NCBI GenBank assembly: GCA_015709655.1
Contig: CP054181.1
Location: forward strand, 1,172,207 to 1,236,206
Reading direction: 5' to 3'
From: Ignavibacteria bacterium
GTDB taxonomy: Bacteria; Bacteroidota; Ignavibacteria; Kapaibacteriales; Kapaibacteriaceae
Length of the DNA stretch: 64,000 bases
Shown: piece by piece, positions 10,029 to 19,386 of the stretch
Numbering within the stretch: the stretch's first letter is position 1
How the letters are laid out: every line of letters begins with the position of its first letter
Notes under the pieces: generated by a model
Databases searched by the model: none
What the model was told of the DNA's origin: nothing
The model's input: the letters and a program-made list of their open reading frames with translations, nothing else
Program-made: the position numbers and the translations under genes

Positions 10029-10337
10029 CTACTTCCCTAATTGATTTTGCACACTTACCCACGAGCCACCGTTCACAGCTTCGTATCCAAGTGACCGTGC
10101 CAGACGGGTGGCGGCGCCGCTTCGAGCACCCGAGGCACAACAAAATACGATTGGCTTGTCTTTAGGTACCGATGCAATTTTAGTGTCGAGTTGCTGCAGT
10201 GGCATGTTCTTGCATCCCTGGATGTGACCCATCCTGAACTCATCCGATGTTCGAACGTCAATAATAATCGGGTTGCGATTCAGCACGTCAGTAAGATTCG
10301 AGCTGCCACCGCCAAATAATCTGGAAAGTATTCCCAT
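10029..10337 (-). CDS. single-domain rhodanese sulfurtransferase
   Basis: 102 aa with ...IIDVRTSDEFRMGHIQGCKNMP...IVFCCASGARS, a rhodanese active-site Cys loop. It sits in tandem with the preceding rhodanese. Confidence 0.65.
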   Translation of the reverse strand: MGILSRLFGGGSSNLTDVLNRNPIIIDVRTSDEFRMGHIQGCKNMPLQQLDTKIASVPKDKPIVFCCASGARSGAATRLARSLGYEAVNGGSWVSVQNQLGK

Positions 10338-10447
10338 GGTTGTCCTTTCAATGTGCCGTTAATAACGTGGCAAATTACTGAAGCTGGAGTTGACCAACTG
10401 TGATGAATGTACCTTTCATGTTTGCTGATGATTCGGGCAATCCGATG

Positions 10448-12721
10448 TTATCGTGAGAATAGGGAGAGGTTTGCGGTAATCGAAAGCGCCACAGTCCGGG
10501 GGTCTGAGGGAATAATACCGGGACCCGGATAACTTGCTGCCCGCCGGGTAAAATAGTTGGTATCCAGTGCGTTGTTTAACGATGCCCGGACAATGATGCG
10601 GGGTGTTGTATAGGTAGCCGAAAAATCAATGACAGAATACTCGGGTATAACGCCCGTTACTGCCGATGCGCTGTGCGTGGTGTTCGTAGCGTCGGTATAC
10701 TGCTGCCCCACCTGCGAGTACGTCATCATGCAGCCAAGTTTGTCCCATTCAAGTCGTATGCTGGTTCTCAAGAGATATGGAGGGACAAATTCTACAGCCT
10801 TGCCAGTGACGGCCTGCTCTGCTGACTGTTCGTAGCTGCCACCGAGTACACTTGCATTTAGTAATAAATGCAACTGAAGGGGACACTCGTCCATCCTGCT
10901 TATACCAATGGCACTCCATGCATTCAGTATGTTAATGTCGGCAACACATTCCACGCCTTGGGTGAATGCATCGGCAATGTTGGTTCTGTATCGATACGGG
11001 AGGTATAAAGGGGGCTGATCGCTGCGGGTTACCTCGCCAATCTTGTCGTTATAACGCAGATAAAACACGCTGATGTCCCAGGCAAGGATGTCAGCAAATT
11101 GGCCACGCGACCCTACGTCAAGAGTATAGCCCCTTTCATCATGAATATCCTGATCTACAATCAAATTGGGGTTCACTACGCGGAGATCCGTAAACGTGAT
11201 GGCCCGGTAATTCTGAACGGCATTGGCATATACTTCGAACCCCTCGGCACTGCGCCACTGAACTCCAAGTCCGCCCAACATGATTACGCGGTTTCGGGAG
11301 CGTTCTTCGTTGGTAACAGTGTCCACAATCCTGTTACCCGCCAGGTCACGGATAATGGTGCGGTACCATCCATGTGCGCGCGTATCAATGCGCTCTAACC
11401 GAAGCCCGGGGATCACAGAGAAGCCGCCTCCCAGACTGACAAGACCTTCAGCAAAGATTGCGGCGTTCGTGATCGGGAAGTCGTAGCTGCTGCCTTCTAA
11501 TGCATCCGGATTTAAAAAAGCAAAATCGGGGCCGGAGCCGCTCGATGCATCACCTTGTTGCTGCTCGGTAGAGCCCCAATACAAGCGCGTTCCTACGGCA
11601 ATGGCTGAGGTCTGGTTAAATAACCGGTATTGGTGGGTAAGCGTTGTTTCATTACAGATGTTGATAAACTTTCCATCTATCATGGTTCTCGGACCTCCCA
11701 TATCAATCATGGTTATTCGGTTCAGATCTCCAAGGGCAGTACGAGAGCTTTTCATGCCCGAGAAAATTGAATTCAGCGTTGTAGCGGTGTCCAAAATCGC
11801 GTTAATTCCAACCGAGGCAATATTCCAGTTGACAGTAAACCAATTGCGTGCTCGCACGCTTTGTTTGGGGTTGGTATCAAACATTTTGTCCGACAAACCG
11901 CCCGGCTCCTGCGCCAGGTAGTGCATGCCGGTAAACTCGGCAGTTATGCGAACGTAGTCAGAGAGAGATACGGCAAGGTGTGTATGCCCTGTACCCTGAT
12001 ATGCGGTACTATTGCTTCGCCAGCCATCAGTGCGCCGGTACTGCATCCATCCCTGATAGTCCAGCCCCTTTGCCGCTCCACTGAGTACAAGCGATCCGTG
12101 AACAAGTCCGTAGCTCCCGGTACCGGCAGAAACACGGGCATGCAGGGCACTGCTGCGGTTTGGTTTTAGTAAGCCAAAGTTAACCATGCCGCCAAATTGT
12201 GTTCCGTACCGTAATGCGCCGCCGCCACGAACAATATTGATGCGTTCAACCATTTCCATGGGAGGCGTATAGTAACTTTCGGGATATCCCAGAGGGTCGG
12301 CAGCAATGTCGTAACCGTTCTGACGCGTTGTAAAGTTGCTCGACCTACTGGGCGACAAGCCACGGCCACCAATTCCAAGCTGCAATCCAAGTGCATCACT
12401 CTCCCAGACGTTGAGCCCGGCAATGCCTGCAAATACCTGACGGGCATTGTTGGTAGCGGTGTTGGCGGGTAATTCCTGAACATAGATTAGCTCGACTTTC
12501 TTTCCGGCGTTGATAACACCTATCCCAACGTCGTCAATAGGCGAGATGATAAAGTGATTGCTGCGGTTTCCACTCACACTAACTTTACGAAGCGTAACAG
12601 TGTCGGCATCATCTGCATCAGCACTTTGAACAGACAGTGTATTGCCGGCAGTCTGATAAACGACCAACACAACCAGCCCAACCGATATTAGAGTGTTACG
12701 TACCTTCTTCCCGATGTTCAC
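10448..12721 (-). CDS. TonB-dependent outer-membrane receptor
   Basis: 757 aa with a signal peptide, a plug-domain region and long beta-barrel-like sequence (repeated aromatic/Gly-rich strands; TonB-box-like DTVTLRKVSVSG near the N-terminus). Confidence 0.75.
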   Translation of the reverse strand: MNIGKKVRNTLISVGLVVLVVYQTAGNTLSVQSADADDADTVTLRKVSVSGNRSNHFIISPIDDVGIGVINAGKKVELIYVQELPANTATNNARQVFAGIAGLNVWESDALGLQLGIGGRGLSPSRSSNFTTRQNGYDIAADPLGYPESYYTPPMEMVERINIVRGGGALRYGTQFGGMVNFGLLKPNRSSALHARVSAGTGSYGLVHGSLVLSGAAKGLDYQGWMQYRRTDGWRSNSTAYQGTGHTHLAVSLSDYVRITAEFTGMHYLAQEPGGLSDKMFDTNPKQSVRARNWFTVNWNIASVGINAILDTATTLNSIFSGMKSSRTALGDLNRITMIDMGGPRTMIDGKFINICNETTLTHQYRLFNQTSAIAVGTRLYWGSTEQQQGDASSGSGPDFAFLNPDALEGSSYDFPITNAAIFAEGLVSLGGGFSVIPGLRLERIDTRAHGWYRTIIRDLAGNRIVDTVTNEERSRNRVIMLGGLGVQWRSAEGFEVYANAVQNYRAITFTDLRVVNPNLIVDQDIHDERGYTLDVGSRGQFADILAWDISVFYLRYNDKIGEVTRSDQPPLYLPYRYRTNIADAFTQGVECVADINILNAWSAIGISRMDECPLQLHLLLNASVLGGSYEQSAEQAVTGKAVEFVPPYLLRTSIRLEWDKLGCMMTYSQVGQQYTDATNTTHSASAVTGVIPEYSVIDFSATYTTPRIIVRASLNNALDTNYFTRRAASYPGPGIIPSDPRTVALSITANLSLFSR

Positions 12722-12728
12722 GCAGCAC

Positions 12729-14126
12729 CTACCTTGGTAATATCCATTCGTTCGATGTCCATCCCATCTTCATGCGCGACAAGTCAGCATTCGGGTCGAT
12801 AAGCTGCTTGCCAGGAGCTCCATTCAGAGTAACCCATACATCAGCCTTAATGATAGGGTCTACCATTCCGCGTTCACTGAAGTATGTTCGCAGCATGTGA
12901 GCATATTGCAACACCATGTCGGGCTGCATTGCCATCTGTTTTTCCTGATGTGCATTTAAAAAATCCGAATTGTTCACGTACGTTGTGCGTCCTGTTTTCC
13001 TGTCCGTAATACTAAACAATGCAGTTCCCGCCTTCTCCATCAGCATTACGCGCCAGCCAAAGCGGTAGCCGGCTTCGTCCCAGAATACGTCATTTGTTTG
13101 CAGTAGGTACCGCCATGGAAGCAGCACCTGAAGAACAAGGTGCACACCAAGGACGCCTGCAATCACTCGCTGTAGTCGCGGTGGGGACAGTGCCATGGAC
13201 TGCACCGCCGGCACACCTGCTTCTACCTTCACCTGCGACGGGAAGAAGAAAACCAAGGCAAGACTCGACATAACAAGCGGAAATACACCAATCTGGAACA
13301 GCATTCCAGTGACTGTATGGAATGTGATCACTGCGCAGTAGGCAAACAGACGGGTACGCTTATTCATCAGCCAGAACGGTATCGTTACGTCGTACAACAT
13401 GCCTGCCCACGAGAATACCCATGGAATCCATGAGACTGTCATGAGCGGTCCGATAATCGGTAGAGTATCGTTGGCCGGCAGCCAAATCCGCAATGGCATT
13501 GCCTCTATAAGCCAGGAGTAGTTAATCTTGGCAAGACCTGCGTAGATATACACCAGCGAGATCTGGAATTTCACGGCATCAACCATCCACCGCGGAACGG
13601 TATTCTGTTTGATTCGCGGACGCAGCCAGGTATCAACTGACCATGCAGTGTGAGCTGGAAGCAAGGCCAGCATTGCCGCCATGATGCTTACGAAATAGTA
13701 ATGATTTAGGTAATATGTTTTATCTAACAGCTCAACATAGGTAAACGTTAGAAAGAACAAAACACTACTTATCCTGTACCATGCACCCAGCGTAACACAG
13801 ATGGCTGCCAACAACATTATTGCAAACACCATGTACATTCCGGTAGCACCCAGGGGTTGCACCCAATCGAATCCATCATACGGGAAATGCCACATTGGCT
13901 GTATGTACTGGTCATGAATCCATCCCAGGGATATGAATCTGACACAGCTTACCACCATTGTGGCTCCAAACAAAATGCGTATCACGGCAAGCGTGGTTGA
14001 CGGTGCCCGAAGGTTACCGTAGCCTGCTATGGCTTGCTGAATTCTGCCGGTATGCCGTCCCAACGCACTAATCACCGTCACCGCTGGAGTAGGTAATGTA
14101 AATTCCCAGGAGTGACGATAGTTCAC
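12729..14126 (-). CDS. HTTM-domain (vitamin-K-dependent gamma-carboxylase-like) polytopic membrane protein
   Basis: 465 aa, multi-TM, with an N-terminal LAVIRILFG-type HTTM signature. It overlaps the upstream imelysin gene by ~59 nt, so the true start is probably an internal GTG/TTG. Confidence 0.6.
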   Translation of the reverse strand: MNYRHSWEFTLPTPAVTVISALGRHTGRIQQAIAGYGNLRAPSTTLAVIRILFGATMVVSCVRFISLGWIHDQYIQPMWHFPYDGFDWVQPLGATGMYMVFAIMLLAAICVTLGAWYRISSVLFFLTFTYVELLDKTYYLNHYYFVSIMAAMLALLPAHTAWSVDTWLRPRIKQNTVPRWMVDAVKFQISLVYIYAGLAKINYSWLIEAMPLRIWLPANDTLPIIGPLMTVSWIPWVFSWAGMLYDVTIPFWLMNKRTRLFAYCAVITFHTVTGMLFQIGVFPLVMSSLALVFFFPSQVKVEAGVPAVQSMALSPPRLQRVIAGVLGVHLVLQVLLPWRYLLQTNDVFWDEAGYRFGWRVMLMEKAGTALFSITDRKTGRTTYVNNSDFLNAHQEKQMAMQPDMVLQYAHMLRTYFSERGMVDPIIKADVWVTLNGAPGKQLIDPNADLSRMKMGWTSNEWILPR

Positions 14127-15168
14127 TCTTGAAGAACCGGGTAAGTTTCTGCAATTCTGTCTGGAGTGCCGTGGGCGGCTGAGGGTTATCGGTTACCATG
14201 ATGCTTAACGGCATTGCAGGCGGTATCGCAGCAAATGCTTTTAATACCGAGTCAGCCTGACGATGAGTTCCGGCTACAAGCTGCGAACCGTTTACAGCCG
14301 ACAGCGCGTATTCTTCAAAACCGTTAAAGCTCACGCCCTGATAGTCTGTTCCCGACCAGATTCTAAAAATAGCATCGTATTGTCGGCGAATTAGTTCCAT
14401 CGACATTCCGGAATAGTATGCCTCAACACGGGTTGGTTCGGGTCCTGCCTGACCAGCACGCAAACCCAACGGTATTCCAAGCTTGTAGTTCTTGATAAGC
14501 TCGTAACCAATGTTCATAGCGTTAAACAGAATTGTGGTACTGCTGCCGGCATCGGTTCCGTCTTTCGACAAAAACTCGGTCCGATAACCTGTTGTCCACG
14601 CCTGATACACCGTTTCTACCTGCTGTCGCAACAGGTGTGCTATACGGCTAAGATAGTTACGTCTGTTTTGTCCGCCAGTACCGGAGAGCTCTGCTGCTAC
14701 TTCCTGGGAAGCCGCATGGAACAGTACGTATTCCACCGCATAAATCCCTCGTTTGTCACGATTGAAATCCTGTTGCGTTGTATCGCCGTTGGCAATTGCC
14801 TGTTCAATTTTCTGAGCACTGCACGGGAAGGTACCAACGTTGACTGATAAATTTCCATACAATCCTTCGGCCGGACCAAAATCAAATGCTACAACGTCTT
14901 GCCACAGCAGCATTGTTTGCCTCAGGGTTGTCCGCATCAAATCAACTGTGGCAGCATCAACAGAGGCCGGCAGATCCTGTACCTGCTGTTCCAGCAATCT
15001 CGTGTTGTCCAGCAGTGCCTTATAACCCGGTATTATTAGCTTATCGGCCATGCCGGTAAGCATTGCCTTACGGTCAAACGTATCGGCAGCAGGCTGATCA
15101 GTTGTGCATCCGGCAACTATCACCGCCAGCACCACCGATATCCAAAGCCCCTTTCCAAACATCATCAT
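14068..15168 (-). CDS. imelysin-family (peptidase M75-like) lipoprotein
   Basis: 366 aa with a lipoprotein signal (VIVAGCTT) and a four-helix-bundle-like sequence. Its position between DUF4856 and HTTM genes matches the conserved Bacteroidetes iron-associated cluster. Confidence 0.55.
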   Translation of the reverse strand: MMMFGKGLWISVVLAVIVAGCTTDQPAADTFDRKAMLTGMADKLIIPGYKALLDNTRLLEQQVQDLPASVDAATVDLMRTTLRQTMLLWQDVVAFDFGPAEGLYGNLSVNVGTFPCSAQKIEQAIANGDTTQQDFNRDKRGIYAVEYVLFHAASQEVAAELSGTGGQNRRNYLSRIAHLLRQQVETVYQAWTTGYRTEFLSKDGTDAGSSTTILFNAMNIGYELIKNYKLGIPLGLRAGQAGPEPTRVEAYYSGMSMELIRRQYDAIFRIWSGTDYQGVSFNGFEEYALSAVNGSQLVAGTHRQADSVLKAFAAIPPAMPLSIMVTDNPQPPTALQTELQKLTRFFKSELSSLLGIYITYSSGDGD

Positions 15169-15177
15169 AGTTATTTG

Positions 15178-16287
15178 TTAGCGTGACTGGGCAGATACCC
15201 AGTTTGTTTTGAAATCTTCCATTTCGGCATCACTGAATCCATACACCGCCTGGAGCTTTTTGGTTACCTGCTCTAATCGATTTAGGTATGGTGCTGGTTC
15301 CAGCCAGAACTTATAGCACGTTGGATTATTGGCATCGGATATCAGCAGGAGTTGGGTCAGCTCGTCGAGTGTGGCATCAGTAATCATACGGCTTGACGGG
15401 GGAACTGATTTCCAGCCGCGTATTATCCCGGCCGCTTCCGCAAATGTGTGCATTGCCTTACCACGAGCTACATCGTCCACCTGGGTCGCACTGAGGGTGG
15501 TAATGGTAAGGTACGAATAGTTAATAGCAGTGGCCATTTGACTTTTCTCCCAAATCAGGAGCATTTCCTTGAGAGCATCGTTTAATTCATTGCCGTACAC
15601 TTCGGGTTTTTCAGCAGCAGCACGTGCAGTCAGAGCTGCCTTCTTAAACCTGGAGTAAAATCCGTTGCCGTCATTCTTGTCACGCCGAGCAGCATAGTTC
15701 GCCGAAAATACATCTTTCTGTGCAGCTTTTACCGAACCGTTGGGGAATGTTGGATTTGCCCCGAACAGTGCTACAATTTGGTCAACCGTGCTGGGCAACA
15801 CAACACCGCTTGACCGCAGTGTTGCCTGGTAGTACTGCATCGTTGCAAATAAACTTTTCTGTACGAACTCGTCAACATCGCGTCCGTACCGGTCAAACAA
15901 GTACCCGCCGTACACTCCTCCCACAGTACCGTCAGTTGGCTCTGCACTGCCAGTGTGAAGTTTTCCCGAAGCCATTGCGGCATTTTCTAAAAACTGGCCG
16001 ATAAAGTCAACTTCCGACGGTATTGTGTACTGCATCAGTGGCTGGTATGCCTGCATGAGCTGACTACTCGTGAGTGTGACATCAACCTTTCGTGCACTTT
16101 TCAGCAGCCCAAGCAGTGCGTCCAGATTTGCCCTAATCTGGTACGCTTCAGCAGTATTTGCAGACCATGAGGCACTGTCATAAATCTCCGGAACTACCAA
16201 GTCTGTTGTAGGTTTAGCTGGCTGCGACGAATCACATGATGTCAGCACTGCAACAACTGCACCAAGCATTAAAATCCTGTATATCAT
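15178..16287 (-). CDS. DUF4856-family lipoprotein
   Basis: 369 aa with lipoprotein signal LTSCDSS. Sequence and context (upstream of imelysin/HTTM/TonB receptor) are typical of DUF4856. Confidence 0.5.
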   Translation of the reverse strand: MIYRILMLGAVVAVLTSCDSSQPAKPTTDLVVPEIYDSASWSANTAEAYQIRANLDALLGLLKSARKVDVTLTSSQLMQAYQPLMQYTIPSEVDFIGQFLENAAMASGKLHTGSAEPTDGTVGGVYGGYLFDRYGRDVDEFVQKSLFATMQYYQATLRSSGVVLPSTVDQIVALFGANPTFPNGSVKAAQKDVFSANYAARRDKNDGNGFYSRFKKAALTARAAAEKPEVYGNELNDALKEMLLIWEKSQMATAINYSYLTITTLSATQVDDVARGKAMHTFAEAAGIIRGWKSVPPSSRMITDATLDELTQLLLISDANNPTCYKFWLEPAPYLNRLEQVTKKLQAVYGFSDAEMEDFKTNWVSAQSR

Positions 16288-16502
16288 AACGTCCTAATCG
16301 ATTTTGATGGTGAAAATGAGCGACAAACTTACACTCATATTAAGACTAAATCTAAATATAACTGCACTTTTTTTTTTAGGGTGGCTTCATGCACCTAGTC
16401 AGGGAGGGGGCTTTGGCGGTCGTCTCCGGATTGTCACGTTTGATACATCACACGGTACATCCAGCCTATACATGTTTTCCCATCATTTCCCAGGGTGCTA
16501 TC

Positions 16503-16931
16503 ATGATGAGTTCTGTAGGAATTCACTTGCTTATTCTTTCCGAGCAAACGTCGGCATCATTCCCGGTGCAGAGTGCCGAGATGGTCCATAGCGAACTTCG
16601 TCGCTGCTGTGTACGCAGGAATTCGGTACTGCACGCTTCGCATGTGCTGGCTGACCATATGCACGTGCTCATTGAGACGGAGGCAGAAGATCAGGCGTCA
16701 GAGATCATTGCAGACATTGTTGCAACCATTCAGAAAACCTTCCGCATAACATCACGCAACATAGTGTTTCAGGACGGTATTCACGTAACACTGCTACCGC
16801 CGTGGCACCTTGATATCCTGTCGGCATTCGTTGAAAACCAGGATTCATATCATGTAAAGTACACCGTGAGTGAAGAGCTTGAAAGAGTGTTTCTTCCAGG
16901 ACTGCCAATACCGTCGGCAGCGGCATCGTAA
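16503..16931 (+). CDS. IS200/IS605-type HUH (Y1) transposase-like protein, REP-associated tyrosine transposase-like; possibly catalytically degenerate
   Basis: HuH motif ADHMHVLIE. The C-terminal FVENQDSYH aligns with the YI(A/E)NQ(E)xHH helix of IS200/RAYT proteins. The N-terminal IHLLILSEQTS aligns with the IYVHAVFSTKG beta-strand motif. The expected catalytic Tyr position reads Phe. Start taken at the internal ATG 16503 (MMSSVG...); the track ORF begins at 16389. Confidence 0.4.
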   Translation: MMSSVGIHLLILSEQTSASFPVQSAEMVHSELRRCCVRRNSVLHASHVLADHMHVLIETEAEDQASEIIADIVATIQKTFRITSRNIVFQDGIHVTLLPPWHLDILSAFVENQDSYHVKYTVSEELERVFLPGLPIPSAAAS

Positions 16932-16972
16932 TAATAGTGAGTATCCCCTTCCTCTCCGCCAGCCAAAGCCCC

Positions 16973-17458
16973 CTACCGTCGGTTGCGCAGCCAGATAGCT
17001 GCTATAGCAGCCGTTACTGAGCCCGTTACCAGCGGAATCAGCGTCCCAAGGATGTAAATCATCGGAGCTGAAAGCGTTACTGCCTTTGCACTCAGGACGG
17101 TCCTGAGTGCTTCCTGGTTTGAGATGATGTGACGGTACTTGAGTTCAGTACCCCGAAGGACAACCTCCAGGTAATCAGGCATGAGGACGTTGTAAAAAAA
17201 CAACCAGACAACGCACAGTGCAAGCGAGCCATACACGCTGGCATACATGCCGTTGCGTACGGTATCGCCGTATGGTGTAGTAGTGCCTGCAAGCCGCCGG
17301 TGCACCATGGCTCCGATAACACCGAGCGGACAAAGCAGAAGCCACAACACCTGCACTTCGGCAGATGTGCCGGCTTCAAATCTCCCAAGTGCCGATTCCA
17401 TAATCAGCCACAGTAAACCCAGCGCACCAGTAATACCGCCCCATAATAGATTAATCAT
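16973..17458 (-). CDS. small multi-pass membrane protein (DUF4199-like)
   Basis: 161 aa with four hydrophobic segments. No catalytic motifs. Confidence 0.4.
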   Translation of the reverse strand: MINLLWGGITGALGLLWLIMESALGRFEAGTSAEVQVLWLLLCPLGVIGAMVHRRLAGTTTPYGDTVRNGMYASVYGSLALCVVWLFFYNVLMPDYLEVVLRGTELKYRHIISNQEALRTVLSAKAVTLSAPMIYILGTLIPLVTGSVTAAIAAIWLRNRR

Positions 17459-17483
17459 GTTGCCCTCCGCTTCGATGCCTGAC

Positions 17484-17491
17484 GGCTATAT
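17484..17491 (+). promoter_or_regulatory. Bacteroidetes-type -7 promoter element (TAnnTTTG) upstream of gcvT
   Basis: TATATTTG lies ~30 nt upstream of the gcvT ATG. It matches the TAnnTTTG -7 consensus of sigma-A(Bfr)-type promoters. Confidence 0.35.
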
Positions 17492-17519
17492 TTGCCGTCC
17501 AAACAAGGAATACTAACCT

Positions 17520-18611
17520 ATGAAACAAACCCGATTTCACGCACTTCATGTAGAAGCAAACGCAAAAATGGTAGAGTTTGCCGGATTTCACATGCCAATA
17601 CAGTATCCGACAGGAATTTTGGAAGAACACCGCAAGGTCCGTACCGGCGTTGGCATGTTCGATGTGTCGCACATGGGTGAGTTTTTTATTGGTGGACCCG
17701 ATGCGCTGGCCCTTGTTCAAAAACTCACCACCAACGATGCATCAAAGCTGGAGCCGGGTAAGATTCAGTATTCGGCAATGTGCAGACATAACGGCGGGAT
17801 TATTGACGATTTGCTGGTGTACTGCCTAAAGCCGGATTTGTTTATGCTTGTGGTAAATGGTGCCAATATCGACAAAGATTACAGCTGGGTAACCGAAAAT
17901 GCAGCCGCTTTTGCAAATGCGTCCGTTACGAACGAAAGTGACGATTATAGCCTGCTTGCCGTACAGGGTCCTAAGTCCGTTGACGCTCTGCAGCCTCTAA
18001 CCACTACCGTACTTTCAGACCTTGCCTACTACACCTTCACCCATGGTACACTGGCCGGCGTGCCAATGATTATTTCTCGCACCGGATATACAGGCGAGAT
18101 TGGCTTCGAGCTGTATTTCAAGGGTGACGATACGGTGTGCAAGAATGTTGTTGATGCAATAATGCGGGAAGGGGCTCCGTTTGGCCTGGATTGGATCGGG
18201 CTTGGAGCACGCGATACACTGCGCCTGGAAAAAGGCTTCTGTCTGTATGGCAACGATATTACCGAAGATACACTGCCACACGAGGCCGGGTTGGGCTGGA
18301 TAACAAAACTTAAAAAAGGTGACTTTAACGGACGTGATGCCATAACTGCAGTCAAGGATGCCGGCATTACACGTAAGCTGGTCGGCTTTGTGATGAAGAC
18401 GGAGAAGCTACTGCCACGAAAGGATTATCCGATTCTTGTCGGTGACGCTGTTGTGGGTGCTGTAACCAGTGGCGGCAAGTCCGTTATGCTTAACACCGGT
18501 ATCGGCCTGGGATATGTTGCTGCTGAGTTTTCAGAACCCGGAACGCAGATATCCATTCAGGCACGTGGCACAACATTCCCGGCCGAAGTAACTAAAATTC
18601 CGTTTGTTTAG
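17520..18611 (+). CDS. gcvT: glycine cleavage system T protein (aminomethyltransferase)
   Basis: 363 aa with high-identity GcvT hallmarks: [18 protein letters not shown] and a C-terminal barrel domain. Confidence 0.9.
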   Translation: MKQTRFHALHVEANAKMVEFAGFHMPIQYPTGILEEHRKVRTGVGMFDVSHMGEFFIGGPDALALVQKLTTNDASKLEPGKIQYSAMCRHNGGIIDDLLVYCLKPDLFMLVVNGANIDKDYSWVTENAAAFANASVTNESDDYSLLAVQGPKSVDALQPLTTTVLSDLAYYTFTHGTLAGVPMIISRTGYTGEIGFELYFKGDDTVCKNVVDAIMREGAPFGLDWIGLGARDTLRLEKGFCLYGNDITEDTLPHEAGLGWITKLKKGDFNGRDAITAVKDAGITRKLVGFVMKTEKLLPRKDYPILVGDAVVGAVTSGGKSVMLNTGIGLGYVAAEFSEPGTQISIQARGTTFPAEVTKIPFV

Positions 18612-18614
18612 TAT

Positions 18615-19382
18615 CTACTCTGAGTTTGGAGTGCTTGGTTCAACTGTGCTTGCAGAGTTATCCGGCACCGGAGCTGCCTCTTCGTGAATTTGAATCGCAA
18701 CCGTGGCGGTACCCTTGCGTATCATGTCGAGTGCCTGAGCAGCCCCTTTTGAAACATCAATTATGCGTCCGTGCTTAAACGGCCCCCGATCAGTTACCGT
18801 AACCACAACGCTGCGTCCGTTCTCGATATTCGTAACGAGAAGTCGTGTTCCGAACGGCAACCAGCGATGAGCGCAGGTTAAATCGTTCATGTTAAAGGTG
18901 GCACCGCTCGAGGTTTTGTTCCCGTGAAATTTCCCTGCATAGTACGATGCCACGCCGGTATCAGCATCCATTCGCAGCACTTCCAGGGTGACGGTGTCAG
19001 CCAGAGTTTGTCCGCGCTTTACCGGAGCCTCGGCAAGGTTCCGTGCGGCCATTCGGGTAGCTGCCTGCAGCTGCAGTGTAGCCAGAATGATATCGGTGGT
19101 ATCGGGCACACCAGGCTGAACTGTGTTGGCACCCGCACCGGCTGATGGCTGCGCCACGGTTAGGGTTTTAATGCTGCGCAGAATCGAGTCAGCCTTCATC
19201 CGCTTGTGCATTGCAGTAATTCGTAGGCTGTCGCTGGCACGCCACTCAGCCTCCCACTCCCGCATTAGAACTCCAGCACGGGCACGCAGCGAGTCTGCTG
19301 CCACCACGCCGGAGTCCGGCTGACCAAACGTGGTAGTCTGACTAAGACACAGGGCAACACAAAGAGCAAGAACAACAACCAT
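18615..19382 (-). CDS. rlpA: septal ring lytic transglycosylase RlpA-family lipoprotein (DPBB domain)
   Basis: The double-psi beta-barrel region GVASYYAGKFHGNKTSSGATFNMNDLTCAHRWLPFGTRLLVTNIENGRSVVVTVTDRGPF is diagnostic of RlpA. The signal peptide starts at the internal Met MVVVLALCVALC. Confidence 0.8.
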   Translation of the reverse strand: MVVVLALCVALCLSQTTTFGQPDSGVVAADSLRARAGVLMREWEAEWRASDSLRITAMHKRMKADSILRSIKTLTVAQPSAGAGANTVQPGVPDTTDIILATLQLQAATRMAARNLAEAPVKRGQTLADTVTLEVLRMDADTGVASYYAGKFHGNKTSSGATFNMNDLTCAHRWLPFGTRLLVTNIENGRSVVVTVTDRGPFKHGRIIDVSKGAAQALDMIRKGTATVAIQIHEEAAPVPDNSASTVEPSTPNSE

Positions 19383-19386
19383 GGTG

